A stretch of DNA of 38,151 nucleotides, taken from assembly GCA_003133815.1 (NCBI GenBank), contig PKZR01000281.1, positions 1 through 38,151 on the forward strand. The letters run 5' to 3'. Origin of the DNA: Limisphaerales bacterium (lineage in GTDB: Bacteria; Verrucomicrobiota; Verrucomicrobiia; Limisphaerales; UBA11358). Shown one piece after another: positions 26,699 through 35,343 of this stretch (within the stretch, counting starts at the first letter, position 1; the number at the start of each line of letters is the position of its first letter). The position numbers and the translations under genes were made by a program. The notes under the pieces are model-generated. The model was given only the letters and a program-made list of their open reading frames with translations, did not search any database and was not told the origin of the DNA.

Positions 26699-27667
26699 AT
26701 GACCAAGGGAAATCATCTGCAATTGTTTGACCAGGCCCATTTGAAAGCTCGGTTTAGTCCTGCTGGCGTTCATTTGTTTGACCGAGCGACCGGAATGAAT
26801 GTTCTTCTCGACGAGATTCGAGTGCCTTCAGTTATGTGGACGAACGCTCCGCGACAAGTTTCAATTGCGTTGACGAATGCGTGTGATCTTTCCTGTTCCT
26901 ACTGCTTTGCGCCAAAGAATCATGCAGTGCTTGATTTTGAAATGATTATCAGTTGGCTTGACGAACTGGATGCAAACGGCTGTTTTGGCATCGGCTTTGG
27001 AGGTGGAGAACCAACGCTTTATCCACGTCTGGCGGAACTGTGCCAATACGCAGCGGAGAACACGCGACTAGCTGTAACTTTTACTACTCATGCACACCAC
27101 CTTGACGAATCGCTTGTTTCCGCTTTGGCCAGTAACGTGCATTTTGTAAGAATTAGCATGGATGGTGTTGGTGCCACATATGAGGCACTCCGTGGACGGT
27201 CGTTTGCGGTGCTTCGCCAAAAACTAACTGTCATGCAGCAATTGTCGCCATTCGGAATCAATTTCGTTGTAAATTCACGCACTTTTCTTGATTTGGATGC
27301 AGCGACTGCGTTAGCTGCCGAGGTTGGTGCATCCGAATTTCTATTATTGCCTGAACAGCCCGTTCGCGGTGCTGGCGGCATTGATAGTTGCACGGCTCAA
27401 GAATTACACTTATGGGTCGCACAATATCGCGGCAAAGTTCGTCTTACAGTAAGCGAAGCAGGTGCTGACGGACTACCTACTTGCAATCCACTTGATAAAG
27501 AAACTGGACTTTGTGCTTACGTGCACATTGATGCGTCTGGCATCTTAAAACATTCTTCTTATGAGAATGATGGTGTGGCTATCGGCGATGGCGGGGTAAT
27601 GCAAGCGATAAATGAATTGCAAACTTTTAGAAGGAGGAACAACAATGAAAATCTGGCACGGTTATAG
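26699..27667 (+). CDS. radical SAM enzyme (not viperin-type)
   Basis: ATG at 26699. CDLSCSYC (CX3CX2C, nt 26882-26905), GFGGGEPTLY SAM-binding motif, and three further Cys residues near the C-terminus. Confidence 0.85.
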   Translation: MTKGNHLQLFDQAHLKARFSPAGVHLFDRATGMNVLLDEIRVPSVMWTNAPRQVSIALTNACDLSCSYCFAPKNHAVLDFEMIISWLDELDANGCFGIGFGGGEPTLYPRLAELCQYAAENTRLAVTFTTHAHHLDESLVSALASNVHFVRISMDGVGATYEALRGRSFAVLRQKLTVMQQLSPFGINFVVNSRTFLDLDAATALAAEVGASEFLLLPEQPVRGAGGIDSCTAQELHLWVAQYRGKVRLTVSEAGADGLPTCNPLDKETGLCAYVHIDASGILKHSSYENDGVAIGDGGVMQAINELQTFRRRNNNENLARL

Positions 27668-28040
27668 TTCAGAACACTCACACAATATCGTAATGATCGG
27701 TCGCTTCAAAACTGCGGCTGATGCAAAAGATGCAGACGCCGCAATCAGTCAAATCAGCGATCGGGTGCGCAATGAAGGTGACGCTAATCGTGAAGCGGAG
27801 CGTTATAGCCAAGCGTTGGTTGACCTCTTGTCAAAATTGAAAATCCACACTATCACACCCGGTGAGCTTGAGCAATTTACTTATGATGTTCATGTTGATC
27901 TTAAGAATGACCGAATAGAATTATGGACTGACGAAGGGGTGGTAACGGCGTTCTTGAAGGTGCTTGTTGATTCGGGCGCTCGTGTTGAGGTCTATTCTGC
28001 GCACGATTATCCTGAAACGGAGGAAAAGAAAGACAAATGA
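27645..28040 (+). CDS. hypothetical small acidic protein (131 aa)
   Basis: AAGGAGG at 27631-27637 lies 7 nt upstream of the ATG at 27645; the track start 27612 is also an ATG but lacks an RBS. It overlaps the end of the radical SAM gene by 23 nt and ends 21 nt before the STAND gene. Confidence 0.6.
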   Translation: MKIWHGYSSEHSHNIVMIGRFKTAADAKDADAAISQISDRVRNEGDANREAERYSQALVDLLSKLKIHTITPGELEQFTYDVHVDLKNDRIELWTDEGVVTAFLKVLVDSGARVEVYSAHDYPETEEKKDK

Positions 28041-28061
28041 GGCGGCGATAATAGGAAACCT

Positions 28062-31000
28062 ATGCCATCCGTAAATTGGAATGTATTTGAGCAGTTGCCC
28101 GGTAGCGCAGAGAATAACTTTGAAATGTTGTGTCGAGCGCTTATACGCCGACATTACGGGGGCCATGGTCAATTTGCAGCGCTTGCAAATCAACCGGGGG
28201 TAGAGTTTCACTTAAAATTGCATACCGCCTGCGCCCTTGGCAAACCTAACCGCTGGTTTGGTTGGCAGTGTCGCTGGTATGGAACTTTGCCAAGCGGCAC
28301 GTCACTTGGGCAAGCGCGCCGAGATAAAATTGAAAAGTCGCTATCAACAACCGTAAAGGTGTTGCCTGACTTGACTGACTGGGTATTGTGGACACGACAT
28401 CCACTCACTGCGGGCGATCAAAAATGGTTCTATGGCCTTAAGGCAAAGATGCACCTAAAAATGCGTCTCGATCTTTGGACCAAGGCGGATGTCGAAGACC
28501 TTCTTAATGGTGAAGCTGAAATTTTTAGGAGCACCTACTTTGGCGATTTAATTCTTTCACCCAATGCTTTGTCAACCCTACATGGGACATGGGTTGCGCG
28601 TGTTAAAAAGCGTTGGTTGCCTGAAGCCCACCAAGTCGTCGAAGCCGAAAGAACGTTAAGACGAATGCTTGGGGAAACCCAATCGTGGGAACAGTTGGTG
28701 AACGTTGCTGATCGGCTGTTAGCCGCTACCAAATCCATCAATGCTGACATAGATAAATTGACAGGTCCGCTTGCCACGACAACCAAAGAATTCGTTGAAT
28801 ACGTTCAGCTTTTTGCCACATCATTAAATGAAGCACACAAACTGCTTGGCAAGGGCGACCTTGACCTTCTCCGACAGCAGCTTGAAGCCCGTGTCAATAT
28901 GCCTACCGCAAAGCTGACAACTGCCTTACGCAAATTGCGGGCAGCCCGGCAGCGTGCAGCGCTGATTGCCACAAATACACTTGCTGACCTGCGTTTAGGT
29001 CACAAGCTTCTTGATGAGGTCAATAGTTTTCTTGGAACACGACTTGTTGGTGTTCTGGCGGACGCTGGAGGTGGCAAGACCCAGCTTGCGGCACAATTAA
29101 CAGCCCCATCGTCTGATAGACCTGCCGGAATTTTGATTTATGGCCAAGACCTCCACGCGGGTCACGATCTCGATGAACTAGCTCGTAAAGTGACGTTGCC
29201 GGGAACTGGAACGCCTATTTCCAACATGGAGGCTCTTGTCGCGGCACTGGACGCCGCCGGACAACGTGCCCACCGACGACTTCCAATCATAATTGACGGC
29301 CTAAACGAGGCTGAAGATCCACGAAATTGGAAAGGTCCACTCGCTTCACTTAATGAAACCCTTCGCCGCTATCCATACGTCTTGGTTGTATGCACACTAA
29401 GAACTGGAACGCGTCTTCCTACTGAGCAAAACGAGTGGCAACCTGCTCCCGAAGTGTGCACTCGAAGAACGGCTTTCGCTGATGAAGCATTGCCGGAGGG
29501 AATTCAACACTTGGAAATGTCTGAATTTGGCGGAGATACGACGGAAGCCATCAGGCGATACTTTCAATATTATAAAATCAATTCTGGCGACGTAGAATTG
29601 CCGCTTTTGCTTAGCCATCCATTAACTCTCCGTTTGTTCTGTGAAGTAACCGACCCAAAGCGTGAGAAAGAAGTGGGTATCGAAGCGATGCCTGGGTCGC
29701 TTACTGCTATATTTGAAAGTTATTTAGGAAAGGCGGCTGAACGTATTGCAGAACTCGCACCACTCAGTCGTAGATATTACGAACTGGACGTGCAAAGGGC
29801 ATTCGACGAAATCGGAACAAGTCTTTGGGATCGCCGCGCACGCACCGTTAGCGAACGTGACTTGCGAAAAACATTAGGTGACGAAACTCGGCCATGGAAT
29901 GAGAGCATTGTTCGTGCATTGGAGCAAGAAGGCGTCATTCTACGATTGCCGGGAATTGCTCCGGGTGACATAGATGTAATGGCTGTTTACGATGCCATGG
30001 GAGGTCATCTTGCGGCAAAGGCAATTTTAATGCGTCACGGTGGGAATGCATTTGAACAATGGTTGAAAAATCCGACGACGCTTGCAGCTTTGTCTGAACC
30101 TCCATCCGGTCGGTTCCGTCCCACTGTGCAGCCACGAACGCTTGAGCCGTCGCCCATTGAATTATCACCTGCCCACCCACTAGCCACTGATATTTTTCGA
30201 GCTTTAGTGGGGCTTGTTCCCCGGCACCTTAATCGGCAACAATTGTGGCCGTTGCTCGATGAACCGCTACGAACCCTCGCTCTTTTAAGAGCATCCCGTT
30301 TGGAAGGTGCATACCTCGATAATGCAACCGTTCAGGCACTCTTCATGCTCGCGTCCGAATCAAGCAAATTGTTTCCCCGATTGCATCAAACACGCGGTGC
30401 CGTAGCGCACCCTCTTAATGCCAATTTTTTGGATTCGGTTTTGCGTCCGATGAAGGTGGCGCAACGCGACCTTATCTGGACCGAGTGGATTCGACGGAAT
30501 CGGGAGATTTTTCTCGACAGATTACACGATTTGGAACAACGATGGCGCCGTGTGCCGACGACACGAACATCTTCAGATCAACTTACAGCACGGTGGGTCA
30601 TGTGGATGCTTACAAGCACAATTCGGGAGCTTCGTGATAAGGCGACTCGCACTCTATATTGGTTTGGTCGTGGAGATTCGACAACGCTGTTTGAGCTGAC
30701 CTATGAATCGCTGGCAATAAATGATCCATATATTCCAGAACGTATGATGGCTGCAAGTTATGGAGTAGCAATGGCACGACACGTTGATTTAACAGGCAAA
30801 AATTTTGTAAAAAAAATATTGCCAGTTTGCGCAAAACGTATTTATGAGTTGATTTTTAAGGAAAATGCACCTCACAGCAATACCCACGTTTTGATGAGAG
30901 AATATGCAAGAAGAATATTGGAACTTGCATCATTTCATCATCGTAAAAATTTTTCAGCGGTGGAGACGGCCAGAACAATGCCACCATATAAAGATGGTGG

Positions 31001-32408
31001 TCTACGCGAGTGGCCAGAAAGCAAAACTGGCAAAGATGAATTCTACGGCCAAAACTCTCCATTCCGTATGGATTTTGAGAATTATACGTTAGGTCGACTC
31101 GTTCCAGGCCGTGGAAATTATGACTCAAAAAATCCGGAGTATCGGAAGATCAGAGCGCAAGTGCTGTGGCGGGTTGAGCAGCTTGGTTGGTCTGTCGAGC
31201 TTTTCAAAGAAATAGACCAACAGATTGCAAACGATCTGCGCTATCCGCACGGACGATCATCCGACGAAAATAAGAAAACTGACCGATATGGAAAGAAGTA
31301 TTCATGGATAGCCTATTTTGAAATGGCTGGGCTATTGCGAGATCAGGGCAAAATAGGCAAAGACTATGAAGATGACGATAGGCCAAGCGATATTGCAATT
31401 GACCCGAGTTTTCCGTTACCGCTTCCGAAAGAGAGACTTATTTCAGGCGATTTTCTGGGCAGTCCAAAATTATCACTGAAAGATTGGATAGCGAATGGTG
31501 GTGTGCCAAACGTGTCTCCATACCTTAAAATGTCGGAGGTTCAGAATCAACCGGGGCCGTGGATTGCGCTTGATGGTTTTTTTACGCAGGAAGATGCAAG
31601 ACGCGGGCGAAGAACATTCTGTTTTATTCGCAGTTTTTTGGTAGAGCAGCCAGACGCCAATTCGTTTTTTAAGCATCTATCGCAGCAAAATCTTGGTGGC
31701 CGATGGCTGCCTGACAATCCAAGAGTCATATACACTTTCGCAGGGGAAATCCCGTGGTGTAAAATCTATCCAAAATATGGATTTAGGAAGTTCCATTTTG
31801 TGGTTGCTGAAAAAAAAGTGAAAATAAAACGAAAGAGGCCAGCTTGTTTTTTAGACGGGAAGCAGATTCAATTAACGCGGTTCGACCTTCATCGTATGGC
31901 AAATATGCCCATCATGTTCAGTGCCGATGAGAAAACAGGTCTTTCACCAGAAGAAATTGAACGCGTAGAACTGCGCAATATCATTGTCGAGGAAGAAGAG
32001 ATTCAGAGGCAAACCAACTCATTCAAGGCGTTGATTCCAGTTTGTGACTTCGGATGGGAAGGCAAAAATTTTGAGAATGAATCTATTCATGCGACCGTCT
32101 TGGCCAAAGAGATTGCTAATAGTCTTCAATTAGTCGGACAACCGCAAACATTTGACTCATTTACGAAAGATGGCGTGAGAGCAACATTCGGAGTTGCAGA
32201 ACGGAGCAATTACAACAACAGTCAGAGCTTGTTCTTGATACGGGAAGATTTGTTAAAGGGTTATCTTAAAAATAAGAAGTTGTCACTTGTTTGGGCAATA
32301 TGGGGAGAACGTGAATACGCAACGGATCTTATCAATAAATGGAATGATAGCAAGCGGCCTAAAATACCCTATAAAGTATACCAAACGATAAAACAATTCA
32401 AAGCGTAA
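28062..32408 (+). CDS. 1448-aa STAND (NACHT-like) NTPase with an N-terminal Mrr-like PD-(D/E)xK-type domain and a long uncharacterised C-terminal region
   Basis: ATG at 28062. N-terminal FEMLCRALI...QPGVEFHLKL...WFGWQCRWY resembles Mrr_cat (FE..., GiD, QcK) but with QCR. Walker A ADAGGGKT (nt 29061-29081). Walker B LPIIIDGLNEAED (about nt 29280-29318). Confidence 0.8.
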   Translation: MPSVNWNVFEQLPGSAENNFEMLCRALIRRHYGGHGQFAALANQPGVEFHLKLHTACALGKPNRWFGWQCRWYGTLPSGTSLGQARRDKIEKSLSTTVKVLPDLTDWVLWTRHPLTAGDQKWFYGLKAKMHLKMRLDLWTKADVEDLLNGEAEIFRSTYFGDLILSPNALSTLHGTWVARVKKRWLPEAHQVVEAERTLRRMLGETQSWEQLVNVADRLLAATKSINADIDKLTGPLATTTKEFVEYVQLFATSLNEAHKLLGKGDLDLLRQQLEARVNMPTAKLTTALRKLRAARQRAALIATNTLADLRLGHKLLDEVNSFLGTRLVGVLADAGGGKTQLAAQLTAPSSDRPAGILIYGQDLHAGHDLDELARKVTLPGTGTPISNMEALVAALDAAGQRAHRRLPIIIDGLNEAEDPRNWKGPLASLNETLRRYPYVLVVCTLRTGTRLPTEQNEWQPAPEVCTRRTAFADEALPEGIQHLEMSEFGGDTTEAIRRYFQYYKINSGDVELPLLLSHPLTLRLFCEVTDPKREKEVGIEAMPGSLTAIFESYLGKAAERIAELAPLSRRYYELDVQRAFDEIGTSLWDRRARTVSERDLRKTLGDETRPWNESIVRALEQEGVILRLPGIAPGDIDVMAVYDAMGGHLAAKAILMRHGGNAFEQWLKNPTTLAALSEPPSGRFRPTVQPRTLEPSPIELSPAHPLATDIFRALVGLVPRHLNRQQLWPLLDEPLRTLALLRASRLEGAYLDNATVQALFMLASESSKLFPRLHQTRGAVAHPLNANFLDSVLRPMKVAQRDLIWTEWIRRNREIFLDRLHDLEQRWRRVPTTRTSSDQLTARWVMWMLTSTIRELRDKATRTLYWFGRGDSTTLFELTYESLAINDPYIPERMMAASYGVAMARHVDLTGKNFVKKILPVCAKRIYELIFKENAPHSNTHVLMREYARRILELASFHHRKNFSAVETARTMPPYKDGGLREWPESKTGKDEFYGQNSPFRMDFENYTLGRLVPGRGNYDSKNPEYRKIRAQVLWRVEQLGWSVELFKEIDQQIANDLRYPHGRSSDENKKTDRYGKKYSWIAYFEMAGLLRDQGKIGKDYEDDDRPSDIAIDPSFPLPLPKERLISGDFLGSPKLSLKDWIANGGVPNVSPYLKMSEVQNQPGPWIALDGFFTQEDARRGRRTFCFIRSFLVEQPDANSFFKHLSQQNLGGRWLPDNPRVIYTFAGEIPWCKIYPKYGFRKFHFVVAEKKVKIKRKRPACFLDGKQIQLTRFDLHRMANMPIMFSADEKTGLSPEEIERVELRNIIVEEEEIQRQTNSFKALIPVCDFGWEGKNFENESIHATVLAKEIANSLQLVGQPQTFDSFTKDGVRATFGVAERSNYNNSQSLFLIREDLLKGYLKNKKLSLVWAIWGEREYATDLINKWNDSKRPKIPYKVYQTIKQFKA

Positions 32409-32594
32409 CGCTTTACTGTCGCACTTTATATTGGCAATGCCGCTCTATAAGAAACAACATTATCTACCGAACGCGTATTTAAAGTATTGTTCCACCGATC
32501 AAAACCCATCTGACAATTTATCAGCACCAATTTTACGGGCGACTTACATGGTAAGTAGGGGCAATCTGCCCAACGATTGAATTGCACGGCTTAA

Positions 32595-32912
32595 CCGCCG
32601 CACCACTGGCTCCCAACGTGTCGTCGGCTACCGCTCGACAATTCTCTTTCTCCCTGACGGGCTAACCGGCTAAAGGACATCTACCCGCTGTCCTTTAGCA
32701 GAAAGAGAATTGTCGGGCGGGACGGGCTATCGCCCTTACCCGCCGACACGTTGGGGGACTGGTGTTAAGAGAAGGTGCTATCGCACCGACCACCAGCCCG
32801 CTAACGCGACAATTCGCCCGAAGGCGGAGTCACGACGGGTGTTACTTGGAGAAAGAGTCGCCGCGACTGCGGCACTGAAAATGAGCCGCGCCGAATGGCG
32901 CGTCCTTTTTTT
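32595..32912 (+). ncRNA. candidate structured RNA (or DNA-level oriT/recombination locus): GC-rich nested hairpins ending in a terminator
   Basis: The outer helix pairs 32601-32628 with 32742-32764. A perfect 16-bp helix pairs 32636-32651 with 32700-32715. An 11-bp hairpin pairs 32669-32679 with 32689-32699. Further hairpins include 32774-32787. I recognised no known RNA family. Confidence 0.35.
32885..32912 (+). terminator. intrinsic terminator
   Basis: GC stem ccgcgcc/ggcgcg with a GAAT loop, followed by tcc and a run of seven T (32906-32912). Confidence 0.6.
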
Positions 32913-32943
32913 GCCGGAACCGGCAAGTTTCGGCGTCTGGTTT

Positions 32944-32964
32944 AATATGCGGGATTCGCATATT
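32944..32964. promoter_or_regulatory. 8-bp perfect inverted repeat upstream of the T4CP-like gene (possible operator)
   Basis: aatatgcg (32944-32951) and cgcatatt (32957-32964) are separated by ggatt. Confidence 0.25.
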
Positions 32965-33046
32965 CTCTGAATCTCAATCGGATTTCAAAACCAGTCGCCA
33001 TTACCCCGCCGGCCTGTTCCCAAACATCCTGCCGGCGTTCAGTCTG

Positions 33047-34387
33047 ATGACACGGGGACTTTGGGAGTGGCGACTGGTTTTGGAACCTGACGAACCAAAC
33101 ATAGTGATCGGAAATCGTGACGGCTACGGAAAGCCGTTGCCTTTTGGCATATCTGCCAGCGACCAGCGGCAGCATATTTACATCATCGGAAAAACAGGAT
33201 CAGGAAAGACGACATTGCTCCGCAACCTGATTTTGCAGCACATCAAACTTGGACATGGCATTGGACTGATTGATCCGCACGGGGACTTGGCCGAAGAATT
33301 GTTACATCACATTCCGCCCAAGCGGGCTGACCACTTGGTATATTTTAATCCGGGTGACATTGAATTTCCAATCGGGCTTAACTTGCTCGCAAATGTCGCG
33401 CCGGATGACCGGCATCTTGTGGCATCCGGCATCGTGGGCGCGTTCAAGGGCATCTGGCGGGATTCATGGGGGCCGAGGCTTGAATATATCCTCTACAATG
33501 CGGTGTCAGCCCTTTTGGACTGCCGGAACGCAACCCTTTTGGGCGTCAACCGGATGCTCACGGATGACACATACCGGGCCAAAGTGGTCCGGCAGATCAA
33601 AGACCCATTCATCAAGGCGTTTTGGGCGGAGGAATATGCCAGATATGACGAACGGTTCAAACGCGAGGCCATCGCGCCCATTCAAAACAAGCTCGGCCAG
33701 TTTCTTTTGAACCCGGTGATCCGAAACATTTTGGGTCAAGTGAAGAACAAAGTGAGCATCCCATTTGTCATGGACAACCAGAGGCTGTTCATCGCCAACC
33801 TGTCGAAAGGCAGGCTTGGACACGACAAAGCGAATTTGCTTGGATCATTGCTGACAACGCAATTCCAGCTTGGCGCAATGGCGCGGGCGAACCGGCCAGA
33901 GGAAGAACGAAAAGATTTTTACCTATTCATTGACGAGTTCCAGAACTTTTCAACCAACGCGTTCGCGTCCATTCTCGCGGAAGCCCGAAAATATCGCTCA
34001 TGTCTGACGTTATCGCACCAATACATTGACCAGCTTCCGCTTCCGATCCGGCAAGCGGTATTCGGCAATGCAGGGACATTGATTTCCTTTCGCATCGGCA
34101 ATACCGATGCCGAAGTGATGGAAAAGGAATTCGGCAATACATTCCCGGCGAGTGTTCTGGTTGACCTTGACCGATATGAGGCGGCGGTGAAATTGCTGGA
34201 CGATGGAATGAATCGGGAACCGTTTCGGGCGAAGATGCTGCCTCCATTGGAAAACCGCGTTGGCCGGAAGGACAAACTCATCGCCCTATCGCGCGAACGG
34301 TTTGCCGTTCGGCGCGCGAAGATTGATGTAAAATTGAAGCGGTGGATGAATTCAAAGATAACTCCGCTACTGACAGACGAATCGTAA
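33047..34387 (+). CDS. TM-less TraD/VirD4-like (T4SS DNA-binding domain, FtsK/HerA-superfamily) P-loop ATPase
   Basis: ATG at 33047. Walker A IIGKTGSGKTTLL, DPHGDL, Walker B FYLFIDEFQNF, SHQYIDQL. Confidence 0.75.
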   Translation: MTRGLWEWRLVLEPDEPNIVIGNRDGYGKPLPFGISASDQRQHIYIIGKTGSGKTTLLRNLILQHIKLGHGIGLIDPHGDLAEELLHHIPPKRADHLVYFNPGDIEFPIGLNLLANVAPDDRHLVASGIVGAFKGIWRDSWGPRLEYILYNAVSALLDCRNATLLGVNRMLTDDTYRAKVVRQIKDPFIKAFWAEEYARYDERFKREAIAPIQNKLGQFLLNPVIRNILGQVKNKVSIPFVMDNQRLFIANLSKGRLGHDKANLLGSLLTTQFQLGAMARANRPEEERKDFYLFIDEFQNFSTNAFASILAEARKYRSCLTLSHQYIDQLPLPIRQAVFGNAGTLISFRIGNTDAEVMEKEFGNTFPASVLVDLDRYEAAVKLLDDGMNREPFRAKMLPPLENRVGRKDKLIALSRERFAVRRAKIDVKLKRWMNSKITPLLTDES

Positions 34388-34398
34388 TATCCATCATA

Positions 34399-35343
34399 TT
34401 AAAATTGTTGCTCATTTCCAAATTCCACAAAATCAGAAGCGCGGTGATAATGATCGAGACTGATGATTCCTGGACCCTCAACAAACATTTTTGCATAGCC
34501 AGAGCAAATACCCATTTTAAGAATTTCCAGTGATGTTTTATTTTGGGCAATGCCCAAAGCAAAAGCCCCTACCATTGCATCACCGCAGCCTATTACATCA
34601 AGATCGCCTTGCTCGTGTAGATTTGTTTTGGCTTGAACGTAATGTCTTTTTTCACGGTCAATCCATAAGGCTCCATTTTGACCCAATGACACCACCACAA
34701 TGTTGCTTTTTATCAGATTTGATGCCGTAGTCACGATCTCATCTATGTTGACAAGGTTTCTTCCAGCCAGCCTGGAAAGCTCTTCCAGATTAGGTTTTAC
34801 GAGCCTCACATTTTTACAGTCAATTTTACTTAACAAGGGAGGGTCAACATCCAGCAGAATAATTCCTTTGCGCTCGGAAATCAGGCGCACAAGCTTGTCC
34901 AAGTAGTCAGGTGGAGTTCCTATTGGAATGCTTCCCGACACAACAATCACGTCTCCTTCATTTATACTTGGATAAAGCGCCTTTTCAAGCTCATTTAGAT
35001 TTGATTCCGTGACATGATAGCCTTGGTTTTGGACATGACATATCAATTCAGCGTTCTTATTTACCAATGTGATGTTTTTTCGTGTCACCCCTTCACAGGC
35101 TATGACATGAGCCTTTATTTGAGGAGATATGGACGAAAACGAGTGAACTTCATTGGCTCCGCTAAAGCAATACAAGCCCACTTCTCCTCCTAAAGAAGCG
35201 ATGGCGCGCGAATTATTGACAGCCTTGCCAGCCAAATACTCCCTATAACCTTCAGAGCGGATAATCGCTCCAAGAGTAAATTGAGGTATTCTTATTCGGA
35301 TGTCTATGGCTGTATTTAATGATATTGCGTGAATGTTTCTCAT
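34399..35343 (-). CDS. PfkB-family carbohydrate kinase, 1-phosphofructokinase/tagatose-6-P kinase (FruK/LacC)-like
   Basis: The ATG at 35343 overlaps the stop of the TIR gene (ATGA at 35340-35343). SLNTAIDIRI, LAGKAVNNSRAIASLGG, KPNLEELSRL, VSLGQNGALW, DVIGCGDAMVGAFALG. Confidence 0.85.
   Translation of the reverse strand: MRNIHAISLNTAIDIRIRIPQFTLGAIIRSEGYREYLAGKAVNNSRAIASLGGEVGLYCFSGANEVHSFSSISPQIKAHVIACEGVTRKNITLVNKNAELICHVQNQGYHVTESNLNELEKALYPSINEGDVIVVSGSIPIGTPPDYLDKLVRLISERKGIILLDVDPPLLSKIDCKNVRLVKPNLEELSRLAGRNLVNIDEIVTTASNLIKSNIVVVSLGQNGALWIDREKRHYVQAKTNLHEQGDLDVIGCGDAMVGAFALGIAQNKTSLEILKMGICSGYAKMFVEGPGIISLDHYHRASDFVEFGNEQQF

Noticed and set aside
26699-27667. Prokaryotic viperin (pVip) assignment for the radical SAM gene
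   Set aside because: The cluster context (TNACDLSCSYCFAP) and the rest of the sequence do not resemble the viperin pattern as I recall it (CNxKCxFCFH). I call it only a generic radical SAM enzyme.
32595-32925. Known RNA classes for the hairpin-rich element (tRNA, tmRNA, RNase P, SRP, 6S, retron msr/msd, group II intron domain V)
   Set aside because: I found no T-arm or acceptor features, no RNase P GGAAAGUCCGGGC-type core and no SRP motif. There is no reverse transcriptase gene nearby, and the terminal hairpin is too short for domain V. The element is therefore left unclassified.
32710-32970. 86-aa ORF in the STAND/T4CP intergenic region
   Set aside because: It starts at a non-ATG codon, is Arg/Gly/Pro-rich, and runs straight through nested hairpins and an intrinsic terminator. 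A structured non-coding element explains the region better.
33270-33710. 146-aa alternative-frame ORF inside the T4CP-like gene
   Set aside because: The overlapping frame 33047..34387 carries Walker A/B and the other ATPase motifs, while this ORF is Arg/Trp/Ser-rich without motifs.
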